Shown: positions 17,641-27,309, counted from the first letter of the stretch. The stretch is DNA of 64,000 nucleotides from Candidatus Methanomethylicia archaeon (GCA_029259155.1 JAPDJI010000001.1:32001-96000), one strand, 5' to 3'. Program-made: numbers and translations. Notes: generated by a model from the letters alone, not told the origin.

Positions 17641-20568
17641 ATGGCCACTACGCCATCTTCAGTTCAGTTAAACTGGCAGGAGATCGAGGAGAAATGGAGG
17701 AGACGCTGGGAGGAGGCTAAGGTATTTGAAGCGGACCCTGACCCATCGAAACCTAAATACTACTTAACGGTCGCCTACCCTTACCCCAATTCACCTCAAC
17801 ACATCGGTCACGGTAGAACCTACACGATTACGGACGTCTATGCTAGGTTCTTGAGGATGAAGGGGTTCAACGTTCTCCTCCCTATGGCTTTCCATTACAC
17901 CGGTACACCTATCTTAGCCATGGCTAGAAGGCTAGCTTCGGGGGATGAGGAGCTCAGTGAAACCTTCCTCAAGATTTACAAGGTACCGGAAGAGCTATTA
18001 TCAGAGTTTACAGACCCCTTGAAGATTGCTAGGTATTTTCATGAGGAGATCAAGGCCGGAATGAGAGAGATTGGATACTCCATCGACTGGCGTAGGGAGT
18101 TCACCACGATAGACCCTGAATATAACCGGTTTATCGAGTGGCAGTTCCATAAGCTTCACGAGAGAGGCTTCATAACTAAGGGAAGCCACCCTGTAGGCTG
18201 GTGTCCTAAATGTCAGAACCCTGTTGGCCAACACGACACTAAAGGTGATGTAGAGCCTGAGATAGGCCAGTTTACCTTAATCAAGTTTAGGCTAAGCGAC
18301 TTCATATTGCCCACCGCTACGCTTAGGCCTGAGACGGTTTTCGGAGTAACCAACCTCTGGCTTAAGCCTAATTCGCGCTACGTTAAAGCGAAGGTGAATG
18401 GAGAGACCTGGCTCATAAGCCCTAAATGCGCGGAGAAGCTTATTTTCCTCAACTTTAAGGTAGAGGTTCTTGAAGAGGTTGATAGCGATCAAGTCATTGG
18501 TAAACAAGCCGTAAACCCCGCTACGGGACGAAGAGTACTGGTGCTTCCAGGAGACTTCGTAGACCTAGACAACGCTACAGGAGTAGTTATGTCAGTACCT
18601 GCCCACGCGCCTTACGACCTAGTGGCTTTAAGGCAGTTAAAGGGAGCCTCGGCCATACTTGAACGTCATGGTTTAAGCCCTGAAGAAGTTGTTAAGATTG
18701 AGCCCATACCGATTATCTCTACACCGGGCTATGGCGAAGTACCAGCAGCTACTGTTGTGGATAAGATGGGTATTAAAGATCAGCTCGACCCTAAGCTGGA
18801 AGATGCCACTAAGGAACTCTACAGGGTAGAGTTCCACTCAGGGTTAATGAAGGACAATACAGGGCCCTACGCAGGCTTATCGGTTGTTGAAGCGAGAGAC
18901 AAGGTCAAGGAAGATCTAGCTAAAGCAGGCGATGCAAGTTTCATGTATGAGCTCCTCAATCGCCCCGTGCACTGTAGGTGTGGAGCAGAGTGTGTGGTGA
19001 AGGTTTTTGAAGATCAGTGGTTCATAAACTACGGTGACCCTGTCTGGAAGAAATTAGCGCATGAATGCCTAGATAATATGAGCTTCATACCTGAGGAGCT
19101 CAGGGCAGAATTTAGTTATGTTCTGGATTGGCTGAAGGAGAAGGCTTGCGCCCGCCGGTCAGGGCTTGGAACGAAGCTCCCATGGGACCCTGAATGGATC
19201 ATTGAGAGCCTCTCAGACTCCACGATATACATGGCGTACTACACCATAGCTAGCGTGATAAAGAAAAAGGAAGTGAAGGCAGAGCAGCTTACCGACGAGG
19301 TCTTTGACTACGTTTTCTTAGGTAAGGGGACAGTCACGGATATTTCGATTAAGACTGGCATACCTGTAGATACTTTAGAGGAGATGCGGCGTCAGTTCAC
19401 TTATTTCTATCCATTGGATAGTAGGCATTCAGGTAGAGATCTTTTATGGAACCACCTGGCCTTTATGGTGTTTAACCACGTAGCTATCTTTCCGCGTGAA
19501 CACTGGCCTAAGCAGATCGTAGTTAATGGAAGTGTGTTGATGGAAGGCAAGAAAATGTCCAAGTCCATGGGAAACATCATTCCGCTGAGGGAAGGCATCA
19601 AGGTTTATGGAGCTGATCCTCTAAGACTGGCGCTCTTAATATCAGCTGAGTTGATGGCTGACGCTGACTTCAGCCCTGCTCTAGCTAAATCGATGGATGA
19701 GAGACTACGCCGCCTCTACGGCCTAGCTTCCTGGGTAATAAGTCTCGGAGGCTCGCCCAATAACTTAAAACTTATTGATAAATGGTTGCTCAGCCGTCTT
19801 CAAAGATATGTGAAGGCAGCTACTGAAGCCATGGAGAAGGTACGAGTCAGGGAGGCCTGTCACGTAGCCCTCTTCAACATCGACCGAGACCTTCAATGGT
19901 ATCTTAAGCGCTGCTCAAGAGACCTTGAAGACGGAGCTAGAAGAGGAACCGTGGCAGATGTACTAAAGAAAGCCCTAAACATTCAGGTCAGGCTGCTGGC
20001 ACCTATGGCACCACATCTCTGCGAGGAAATATGGGAGATGATGGGAGAGGAAGGTTTCATTTCTGTGGCTGCTTGGCCCAGCTTTGACGAAAGCCTAGTG
20101 GACGTAGAGGCCGAGCTTGCGGAGGAGCTAATTAAATCCACACTCGAGGACGTTAAAAGCATCTTAGAGGTATTGAAGACTAGGCCCGCATCAGCTCATT
20201 TCTATGTAGCCTCTGACTGGAAGTGGAAGGCTTACAGGATAGTGGCGGACGCTCTTTCTAGGGGCTTAGAGCTCGGGGTGGTCCTCAAGGAGACCATGGG
20301 TAAGGAGGAGTTTAGGAAGATAGGTGGAGCTGCAGCAAATTGTGTCAAACGTATTTACAGCTCTCTCCTCGAGCTACCACAGGAAGAGAGGTCGAAGAGA
20401 GCTTCTATTAAAATAGATGAATACGAGGTGCTTAATGAAGCCAAACCCTTCTTTGAGAAGGAGCTTGGCTTGAGGATCTATATCTACAGGGAGGATGAGT
20501 CTAAGTACGACCCAAAAGGAAAAGCGCAGCAAGCGCTTCCATACAGGCCAGCCATCTACCTAGAATAG
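17641..20568 (+). CDS. leuS: Leucine--tRNA ligase (archaeal/eukaryotic type)
   Basis: AYPYPN..HIGH, TLRPET, GVVMSVPAHAP, SLSDSTIY, KMSKS. Confidence 0.97.
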   Translation: MATTPSSVQLNWQEIEEKWRRRWEEAKVFEADPDPSKPKYYLTVAYPYPNSPQHIGHGRTYTITDVYARFLRMKGFNVLLPMAFHYTGTPILAMARRLASGDEELSETFLKIYKVPEELLSEFTDPLKIARYFHEEIKAGMREIGYSIDWRREFTTIDPEYNRFIEWQFHKLHERGFITKGSHPVGWCPKCQNPVGQHDTKGDVEPEIGQFTLIKFRLSDFILPTATLRPETVFGVTNLWLKPNSRYVKAKVNGETWLISPKCAEKLIFLNFKVEVLEEVDSDQVIGKQAVNPATGRRVLVLPGDFVDLDNATGVVMSVPAHAPYDLVALRQLKGASAILERHGLSPEEVVKIEPIPIISTPGYGEVPAATVVDKMGIKDQLDPKLEDATKELYRVEFHSGLMKDNTGPYAGLSVVEARDKVKEDLAKAGDASFMYELLNRPVHCRCGAECVVKVFEDQWFINYGDPVWKKLAHECLDNMSFIPEELRAEFSYVLDWLKEKACARRSGLGTKLPWDPEWIIESLSDSTIYMAYYTIASVIKKKEVKAEQLTDEVFDYVFLGKGTVTDISIKTGIPVDTLEEMRRQFTYFYPLDSRHSGRDLLWNHLAFMVFNHVAIFPREHWPKQIVVNGSVLMEGKKMSKSMGNIIPLREGIKVYGADPLRLALLISAELMADADFSPALAKSMDERLRRLYGLASWVISLGGSPNNLKLIDKWLLSRLQRYVKAATEAMEKVRVREACHVALFNIDRDLQWYLKRCSRDLEDGARRGTVADVLKKALNIQVRLLAPMAPHLCEEIWEMMGEEGFISVAAWPSFDESLVDVEAELAEELIKSTLEDVKSILEVLKTRPASAHFYVASDWKWKAYRIVADALSRGLELGVVLKETMGKEEFRKIGGAAANCVKRIYSSLLELPQEERSKRASIKIDEYEVLNEAKPFFEKELGLRIYIYREDESKYDPKGKAQQALPYRPAIYLE

Positions 20569-20579
20569 TAAAATGCGAA

Positions 20580-21734
20580 TTAAACCTCCTCTCTGAGGAT
20601 TTCTTTTAGATCTCTCATAAACCTGGTGATGTGTCTAAGTTTGACGTGAGGCATGACCACGATCCTTATGAAACCTCTAACTGTTGATATGGCCCATCCC
20701 CTCCTACGGAGCTTCTCAGCCACAGCTTCAACCTTTACTCCGTCGAAAGTTATCCCCACTACGTTCATTACAGGCTTTCTGACTAGCCTAGCCTTAGGGA
20801 TACGTTCAACCTCAATAGCGATTATCTCAGTGAGCTCCATGCATCTAGCCACTACTTTCCTGTAACCTTCTCTTCCGAGGTGTTTGAAGAGTGCCCAAAC
20901 AGCTATGGCTGAAGCCCCGGGCCTCGTGCCGGTAATGGTATATTGGAGAGCAGGCCCCCCACTCAGGTATGGTAGGTTAAAGCTTAAAGGTTTCAATGAT
21001 TCCTCATCCCTGAAAAGTATCCCTCCTGCCGGTATAGGTACCATACCCATCTTGTGAGGGTCTACAGTTATCGAAGCCACCCCCTGAAGCTTAAAGTCGA
21101 AGTCTGGAACCTTGTAGCCTAGTTCCTTCAGGAAAGGGATGACGAGACCTCCGAAGGCAGCATCGACGTGTAGGTGTATATCATAGCTTAAGGCAAGCTC
21201 GCTAAGTTCAGGAATAGGGTCTATGACGCCTAGATCGGTGGTTCCAGCTATGCTCACTATGGCTGCGGTATCATCATTAATGAGCCGTCTAACTGCGTCT
21301 ACGTCGACTTCACCCTCCTCAGTGACTGGTGCTTTAACTAACTTTAACCCCAATAAGGCAGCTGCTTTATCTATTGAAGCATGGCAGGAGGCGGAGGCCA
21401 CTACTTGTCTTTTGTTTAGTTTATCCCTAGCTGACCATAAGGCGAGGATGTTTGCTTCACTCCCCCCTGAGACGATGAAGCCAGGGGCGTCGGGTTTAGA
21501 CATTAATGAAGCGAGCATGCATATTGCTTCTCGCTCCACCTCTACGGTTCCTTGGAAGAGGCCTGGGTCTCCAAGGTTCTTTTCGAGGTGCTTCTGGAAT
21601 ACTTCTTTAGCGAAGGGGTGAGGCTTAGTACACATAGACCCTAATATGAGGCCTGAAGTGTAGGTTAAGTCGCGTTTAAGCTTCTCGCTTAATTGCTTCA
21701 AAACCTCCGCTTGATTCATCCCTCTTTCATCCAA
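20580..21734 (-). CDS. mfnA: PLP-dependent L-aspartate/L-tyrosine decarboxylase (MfnA/ADC)
   Basis: ILGSMCT.PH, NLGDPGLF, SGGSEAN, HVDAAFGG, VDPHKMG, GTRPG. Last gene of the CoA operon. Confidence 0.92.
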   Translation of the reverse strand: MDERGMNQAEVLKQLSEKLKRDLTYTSGLILGSMCTKPHPFAKEVFQKHLEKNLGDPGLFQGTVEVEREAICMLASLMSKPDAPGFIVSGGSEANILALWSARDKLNKRQVVASASCHASIDKAAALLGLKLVKAPVTEEGEVDVDAVRRLINDDTAAIVSIAGTTDLGVIDPIPELSELALSYDIHLHVDAAFGGLVIPFLKELGYKVPDFDFKLQGVASITVDPHKMGMVPIPAGGILFRDEESLKPLSFNLPYLSGGPALQYTITGTRPGASAIAVWALFKHLGREGYRKVVARCMELTEIIAIEVERIPKARLVRKPVMNVVGITFDGVKVEAVAEKLRRRGWAISTVRGFIRIVVMPHVKLRHITRFMRDLKEILREEV

Positions 21735-21755
21735 GCGAAAAAGCCTCCCTGCAGG

Positions 21756-22547
21756 CTAAAGGGATAAAAGCACGCCTTTCTCTGCTAGTTCAGCCAATCT
21801 TTCAAGGATGTGAGCTATTGCTTCGCTCAAGACCTGCTTGTTATCGTAGTTTTCAATGTTCTGCCTCAGCTCATCGATAGGTACTTTACGTAAAGCTCTA
21901 GCCTCCTCTACCATTCTAGGCAACGCCCTTACTACGTTGTCTACAATGGTCACCGAGGCGGTTTGCGCCGTCCTGCTTAAAGGGTTCAAGTCTATCGCTA
22001 TCACAGTTTTACCTAGACGTCTCAAAGCGTCTGTGCGATCTCCGTCTTCAAGGGGTACTAGGACAACATCGGCTTTAAAGATACCTTCTGGGTCAACTTT
22101 TCTACGCTCACTCTGTAGCTCAGGTATCTTAGCTGAGGCGGCTTCACCTACGCCCAACACTTGTGTAGCTCCAGCCTTCATTAATGCCTCGGCTATGAGC
22201 TCCTCTCTACGTTTAGACCTATAGAAGAGATTGACTTCAAGCTTAGCTTTTACTTCCTTAGCTAGCTCAACGAGACTTTCAGCAGCTAAGGCAGCTGTGT
22301 TACCGTTAACCGATATCACTGGGTATTTGGCAAGAAGTAGATGGGCTACTGCTGCTTTGATAGCCTTGAGCGCGTAAGGCTGGGTTTGTTCACCTATCAG
22401 GTAATCGAAGGCTTCACCTCTACCGTGAGCTATCAGCCCAGCCTCGACGACCAGCCCTTTCTTATAGCCTTCTGTTAACCTATGTCTAATCTTAAGCGAC
22501 TCTGCTCGTGGATGGTCTGGAGGTATGGTTTCTACTAATTCCTCCAC
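21756..22547 (-). CDS. pps: 4-phosphopantoate--beta-alanine ligase (phosphopantothenate synthetase)
   Basis: HPRAESL, GLIAHGRGEAFDYLIGE, SVNGN, EVNLFYR, VPLEDGDR, IDLNPLSRT. Confidence 0.95.
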   Translation of the reverse strand: MEELVETIPPDHPRAESLKIRHRLTEGYKKGLVVEAGLIAHGRGEAFDYLIGEQTQPYALKAIKAAVAHLLLAKYPVISVNGNTAALAAESLVELAKEVKAKLEVNLFYRSKRREELIAEALMKAGATQVLGVGEAASAKIPELQSERRKVDPEGIFKADVVLVPLEDGDRTDALRRLGKTVIAIDLNPLSRTAQTASVTIVDNVVRALPRMVEEARALRKVPIDELRQNIENYDNKQVLSEAIAHILERLAELAEKGVLLSL

Positions 22548-23440
22548 CTTACTCCCTCCATAGCTTTGACTAGTTTCGTTAAGGCCTCGTTTAATGGGGC
22601 CTCCATACCTACCTGTTGAGCTGACCTCACTATAGCTCCATTTATGTAGTCCACCTCCGTCCTCTTCTTCCTTTCAAGGTCCTGCAGCATGGAGTTCTTG
22701 TTATTAGCAGTATCCTTCGCTACCTTAAAGGTCAACTCGACAGGATCTATGCCTAGCTCAACCCCCATCTTTTTAGCTATACTCGCTCCTTCCTCCACGA
22801 CCGCCTTCATGAGGCTCCTTAGCCATCCAACCTCCAAAAGCTCTCCATTCCTAAGCCCAGTTATAGCTCCTAATGGGTTTATGCCTGCATTCACTAAGGT
22901 CTTTATCCACACCACTTCCGCTATGTTGTCTACCTTCCTAGCCGGCAAGCCCGAAGCGTTAAGCATGGTTACTAGTTTCTCCATGAGAACTCCACGTCCA
23001 CCGATCAGAGTTTCGCCTACGCCAGTATGAAGTACTGTTCCTGGCTGAGCTAACATTGCTCCATTGTTTGTCACCCCCCTAAACACCACTGTACCGAGTA
23101 CTCTGGAGGCCTCCTCTTCTACACCTAGCCCGTTCTGTAAACATAGAGGAACAGCTTGTTTCTCGACTAGTCTTTTAACTTGCTTGGCTGCTTCGGCCGT
23201 GTCGTAAGCCTTGACGGTTATCAACACCAGGTCGAAGTCTCCTTTAGCTTCTTCAGGTTTTTCGTGAGCATCCACCTTCACAGTGAAGCTGCCTAAAGGA
23301 CCCTCTACCCTAAGCCCTCGACTCCTTACAGCTTCTACATGAGCCCTCCTACCTACAAGCACCACCTCGGCTCCTGCTTTGGCTAAGAAGCCTCCCATGA
23401 GGCTTCCTATTGCCCCAGCCCCCATAATGAGGGCTTTCAA
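22535..23440 (-). CDS. panE: 2-dehydropantoate 2-reductase (ketopantoate reductase)
   Basis: GAGAIG, VKAYD, LQNGLG, W.K.LVNAGINPL, SMLQDLE...TEVDYING. Confidence 0.95.
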   Translation of the reverse strand: MKALIMGAGAIGSLMGGFLAKAGAEVVLVGRRAHVEAVRSRGLRVEGPLGSFTVKVDAHEKPEEAKGDFDLVLITVKAYDTAEAAKQVKRLVEKQAVPLCLQNGLGVEEEASRVLGTVVFRGVTNNGAMLAQPGTVLHTGVGETLIGGRGVLMEKLVTMLNASGLPARKVDNIAEVVWIKTLVNAGINPLGAITGLRNGELLEVGWLRSLMKAVVEEGASIAKKMGVELGIDPVELTFKVAKDTANNKNSMLQDLERKKRTEVDYINGAIVRSAQQVGMEAPLNEALTKLVKAMEGVRWRN

Positions 23441-23453
23441 GGTCTACCAACCT

Positions 23454-24767
23454 TTAACCGATGATTTTCTCCCATTTCTTTAACCGAAGTACTTGTGACA
23501 GCGTGCTTCCTCGCTTAATCTCCTCTCTGACTCTATTCTCTTTCTCCAAGACATCCATAGCTCTATTAGCCATCTCTACTGCTAGCTCTTGAGGTACTAC
23601 CACTACTCCGTTGTCATCACCTATTACCCAGTCCCCAGGCCTGATCTTCACTCCGCCGCATGTGATCTCCACGTTAAGCTCTCCGAAGCCTTTAGGGTCG
23701 CCGGCTGTTGGGTTGATGTGGCGGGCGAACGCTGGGAAACCCAGCGCCCTTATCTCATCAACGTCTCTAATCGCCCCGTCAATCACCACCCCTCTAATCC
23801 CCTTGACCACACAGCTCCACGTGGCCAGCTCGCCCCAGACAGCTTTTTCACCGCCTGAAGCGTCAATAACTATGACACTGCCTGGAGGAGCATGGTCTAT
23901 GGCCTCTACAGGCTTAGCCCAGTCGCCTGGATAGGTCCTAACGGTGAAGGCTCTCCCAGCCATTTTAGCTCCAGGCGTTATAGGCCTTATTTCCTTTAAC
24001 TCGCCTCTACGCTGCATCGCATCTGATACATTAGGGGTGGAGACCTTCATAAACACTTCATAGAGGTCCTCCTCGCCGTATTTCTTGTAAAGCTTGGTTT
24101 CTATTGGTTTCCTGGTCAACATGGCCTGCTTAACGACCTTGGCGGCTTCCTCGGCATTCTCGGCCTTTATTATAGCGCCTCCCACGATAATAATACTAGC
24201 TCCAAGCTCCACAGCTTTAGCCGCTGTTTCGCTATTGATCCCTCCGGCTATAGCCACGGGGCGTTGAACTACAGAGACCACTTGGGAAAGGAGCTGAAGC
24301 GGATCGGTACCTTTCATCTGTTGATCTATGCCTACATGTACACAGATGTAGTCTACCCCTAACTCCTCTACCTGTTTAGCTCTTTGCACAGGGTCTTCGG
24401 CGTTGATCAGGTCAACCATCACCCTGGCTCCATAACGCCTGGCAGCTTCCACAGCCTCGCGTATAGTAGAGTCATCGGCTACTCCTAGCACTATAACTAC
24501 ATCGGCTCCGGCCTTCGCGGCTATCTCTACCTCAGCGGCTCCGGTATCCATGGTTTTCATGTCAGCAACTATTACCTTGCCTGGGAAGCTTCTCTTAAGC
24601 CTCCTAACAGCCTCTAACCCCTCGCTCTTAATGAGCGGGGTTCCAGCCTCCACCCAGTCTACGCCGCCTCGAATAGCTTCTTCGGCTATTTCCAGCGCTC
24701 TATCTAGGTCAGGAAAGTCCAAAGCTAATTGAAGCGCAGGAGAGTGAGGAGACGGATTAAAGCTCAC
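23454..24767 (-). CDS. hxlA: 3-hexulose-6-phosphate synthase fused to an RraA/HMG-aldolase-like domain
   Basis: N-terminal HPS: LQLALD, EAGTPLIKSEG, ADMKTMDTG, HVGIDQQ. C-terminal RraA/MenG domain: NVSDAM, AVWGEL, VVIDGAIRDVDE, PGDWVIGDDNGVVVVP. Confidence 0.9.
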   Translation of the reverse strand: MSFNPSPHSPALQLALDFPDLDRALEIAEEAIRGGVDWVEAGTPLIKSEGLEAVRRLKRSFPGKVIVADMKTMDTGAAEVEIAAKAGADVVIVLGVADDSTIREAVEAARRYGARVMVDLINAEDPVQRAKQVEELGVDYICVHVGIDQQMKGTDPLQLLSQVVSVVQRPVAIAGGINSETAAKAVELGASIIIVGGAIIKAENAEEAAKVVKQAMLTRKPIETKLYKKYGEEDLYEVFMKVSTPNVSDAMQRRGELKEIRPITPGAKMAGRAFTVRTYPGDWAKPVEAIDHAPPGSVIVIDASGGEKAVWGELATWSCVVKGIRGVVIDGAIRDVDEIRALGFPAFARHINPTAGDPKGFGELNVEITCGGVKIRPGDWVIGDDNGVVVVPQELAVEMANRAMDVLEKENRVREEIKRGSTLSQVLRLKKWEKIIG

Positions 24768-25666
24768 TTCTCCACCACCCTTGCCCCATAGGGATCGATA
24801 CGTGAAGTGAAGTATCTTGTCTTAGGTAGAAAGGCGCCAAATACCTTCAATACCTCCTCTACGTCACGCTCTCTAACGAGAGCGAAGGCGACTCTCTTCT
24901 TGACAGAGAAGCCTAGGGCTCCAGCCTCGACCGAAGCGGCCATGAACTTTTTCAGAGCTGCGTCTACGAAGCCAACCTCCTCAGCGAAGCGAGCTGAAAG
25001 CTGGATAAACCTTGAAGGGGTGGGTTGAGCTAAGAAACTGCTTAGAGCCCACCTGCCAACTTTATTGATCTTCTCCTTCATGCTTGGGTTGGTGATCATG
25101 CTACTAGTTTTATAGATACCTAGTGGAGCACAAACCACGGTTATCTCAGAGCTCGGTACTTTCTCTACCAACCCTACGCCAGGAGCCCCTGGGCTCTTTC
25201 TAATCTCTAAGCCCCCTACGAGCTGGCCTGCTACGTCTCCTAAGCCTGTCCTATACTTCACCTCAGCTATGTGTGCTGCCTTTGCTGTCTCTACCTTTGT
25301 GAGCCCAAGCTTCAGTGCTTCGTTAACCGCTAAAGCCGTGCTTAAAGCTCCTGCGCCGCTAGAACCGAAGCCTGAACCTATGGGTACCTGGAACCTATGC
25401 GTTACCACCACTCTATAGGGTTTATCGGCTAGTTTAAGCAGCTCCTCTACGGTCCTCTTAGTCACCTTGAAGTCTACGACCTTTGAGCCTAGCTTAACCA
25501 CCACTATGTTCCTATGGCTTCGACGAACCTCTACCTCCGTAAGCACGCCTAGGTTAATGGAGACCCCTGCCCCCCTAGACCCTATTAAAAGGGGGTTGGA
25601 GCTTGTATCGCATATCTCGAAGAAGCCGGTTATGTGAGCTGGGCTAAAGGCATATGCCTTAGCCGT
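24764..25666 (-). CDS. pok: Pantoate kinase (GHMP family); start codon non-canonical (ACG proposed)
   Basis: Frame extends upstream of the listed ORF to the conserved AFSPAHITGFF...GSRGAG. Contains PIGSGFGSSGA and AHIAEV..TGLGDV. No ATG/GTG/TTG between the coaBC stop and the conserved N-terminus. Confidence 0.88.
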   Translation of the reverse strand, partial: TAKAYAFSPAHITGFFEICDTSSNPLLIGSRGAGVSINLGVLTEVEVRRSHRNIVVVKLGSKVVDFKVTKRTVEELLKLADKPYRVVVTHRFQVPIGSGFGSSGAGALSTALAVNEALKLGLTKVETAKAAHIAEVKYRTGLGDVAGQLVGGLEIRKSPGAPGVGLVEKVPSSEITVVCAPLGIYKTSSMITNPSMKEKINKVGRWALSSFLAQPTPSRFIQLSARFAEEVGFVDAALKKFMAASVEAGALGFSVKKRVAFALVRERDVEEVLKVFGAFLPKTRYFTSRIDPYGARVVEK

Positions 25667-25672
25667 GATCTT

Positions 25673-26926
25673 TCACCCCTTAAGCCTCATCCGCTCAGCA
25701 GCTATGTCTAATATCGCCTTAGCCACCTCCCTCTTCGAGGAGAGTGGCACGTGAACTATGCGACATTCCCTATCTATGATGAATACTTCGTTAGTATCAT
25801 GTCTGAACCCGCAACCCTTCCTGCTTAGGTCGTTAGCCACTATGAGGTCCATGTCGGCCTCCTCGAGCCTCTCGTAAGCCTTCTTGACCAGCTCTTCGTC
25901 TGAAACTCCATACTCTGCCTTAAACCCTATGAAGAAGGCTTTAGGAGCTAGCTTCCTGATGCTCATAGATATCTTAGGCCTAGGCTCAAGCTTAACTTCC
26001 AGAGTGGACGTGCCTGAAGGAATCTTATATGGGTAAGTGTGACTGAACCCATAATCTAGGGGCGCAGCGGCTAGGATGATGATATCGTAAGAGTTCTTAG
26101 AGATCTCCTCATCGACAGCATCATACATCTCCTTAGTGGTTACCACCTCTACTGCCTTGACCCCTGGAGGAGGGTTATATGTAGAGTTCGTGGGTCCTTT
26201 AATTAAGGTAACTTGTCCCCCTCTCCTCCAGGCTTCTTCGACTAGGGCAAACCCCATCTTTCCTGAACTGGGATTAGTTAAGTATCGGACCATATCCAGG
26301 GGCTCTAGCGTAGGGCCAGCGGTGACGAGGAACTTAAGTCCTTTAAACTGGTCTCTACGCTCCAAGAGATCTACAACCTTCTCCACGACCTCTGTGATGG
26401 GAGGTATCTTAGCCTTCCCCTCTTCCCACCTAGGTTCTACCACCTCCACACCCATCTCTTTAAGTAGAGCTAAGCTACGTTGAAACGCAGGGTTCTTGTA
26501 GAGAGAAGCGTGCATGGATGGAACGAGAACCACAGGTATACGTGAACCGAGGGCTGAAGCTACCACTGCTGTCACAGCGGTGTCACAGATGCCATGAGCT
26601 GCTTTACTGACCGTGTTAGCTGTAGCTGGAGCCACTAGGACTAGGTCGACCTTTCCCTCTCCTTCCCCAGCCAAGGCTATATGTTCAATGTTTCCCGTGA
26701 GCCTAGTAACCACGGGGTTACCAGTAGCCCACTCCATGAACTTGGGATGTATGAGCCTGCTTGCAGCTTTGCTCATAATGACGTAGACTTCTGCTCCAAG
26801 CCTCATTAACTCCCTAGCCAGCTCAGGACACTTATAGGCCGCAGCACTACCAGTAATACATAGAGCTATCTTTCGCCCTTTAAGGGTCTGTCCTTTAGTC
26901 CCTATGATATCCTTAGATGGGTGCAG
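25673..26926 (-). CDS. coaBC: Bifunctional phosphopantothenoylcysteine decarboxylase/synthetase; CTG start proposed
   Basis: N-terminus extends to (L)HPSKDIIGTKGQTLKGRKIALCITGSAAAYK. Contains APATANT, PSMH, VTAGPT.E..D.VRYLTNPSSGKMG, GFKAE, VANDL. Confidence 0.95.
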   Translation of the reverse strand: MHPSKDIIGTKGQTLKGRKIALCITGSAAAYKCPELARELMRLGAEVYVIMSKAASRLIHPKFMEWATGNPVVTRLTGNIEHIALAGEGEGKVDLVLVAPATANTVSKAAHGICDTAVTAVVASALGSRIPVVLVPSMHASLYKNPAFQRSLALLKEMGVEVVEPRWEEGKAKIPPITEVVEKVVDLLERRDQFKGLKFLVTAGPTLEPLDMVRYLTNPSSGKMGFALVEEAWRRGGQVTLIKGPTNSTYNPPPGVKAVEVVTTKEMYDAVDEEISKNSYDIIILAAAPLDYGFSHTYPYKIPSGTSTLEVKLEPRPKISMSIRKLAPKAFFIGFKAEYGVSDEELVKKAYERLEEADMDLIVANDLSRKGCGFRHDTNEVFIIDRECRIVHVPLSSKREVAKAILDIAAERMRLKG

Positions 26927-27309
26927 CGTTTAACACCGAGCCGCCGGGGCTCGTGCATAGTACGTTTGTATAGTGAAAAAACTTATGTAAGTAGGTTACC
27001 TACGATGTAGAAACCTATTATAACCTACGTAATCTTAGTAGATAAAAAGAAAACTAGACTAGTTCTAAGTTTTTTGATCGGCATAGAACCTTAAATGCTA
27101 CAAGTATAGTTTTTATAACTTTATAGTTGTTAATTAATCTCCATTTGGATCCCTTTTCTCCATTATAGATTAAGGAATTGCTGCCGATAAACTATACTTA
27201 CATTGCCTTGGCTGACAAAGCTCTTTGTAAGATGTAGACTATATCTTAGAATTTGAGTGTAAAAAGCTAATGGTGATGTGTTATTACGCCGTCTTTGTCC
27301 ACGAGCCGT

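Noticed and set aside
26954-27300. Replication origin call
   Set aside because: No clear ORB repeats and no adjacent cdc6/orc1 or whiP; kept only as a low-interest finding.
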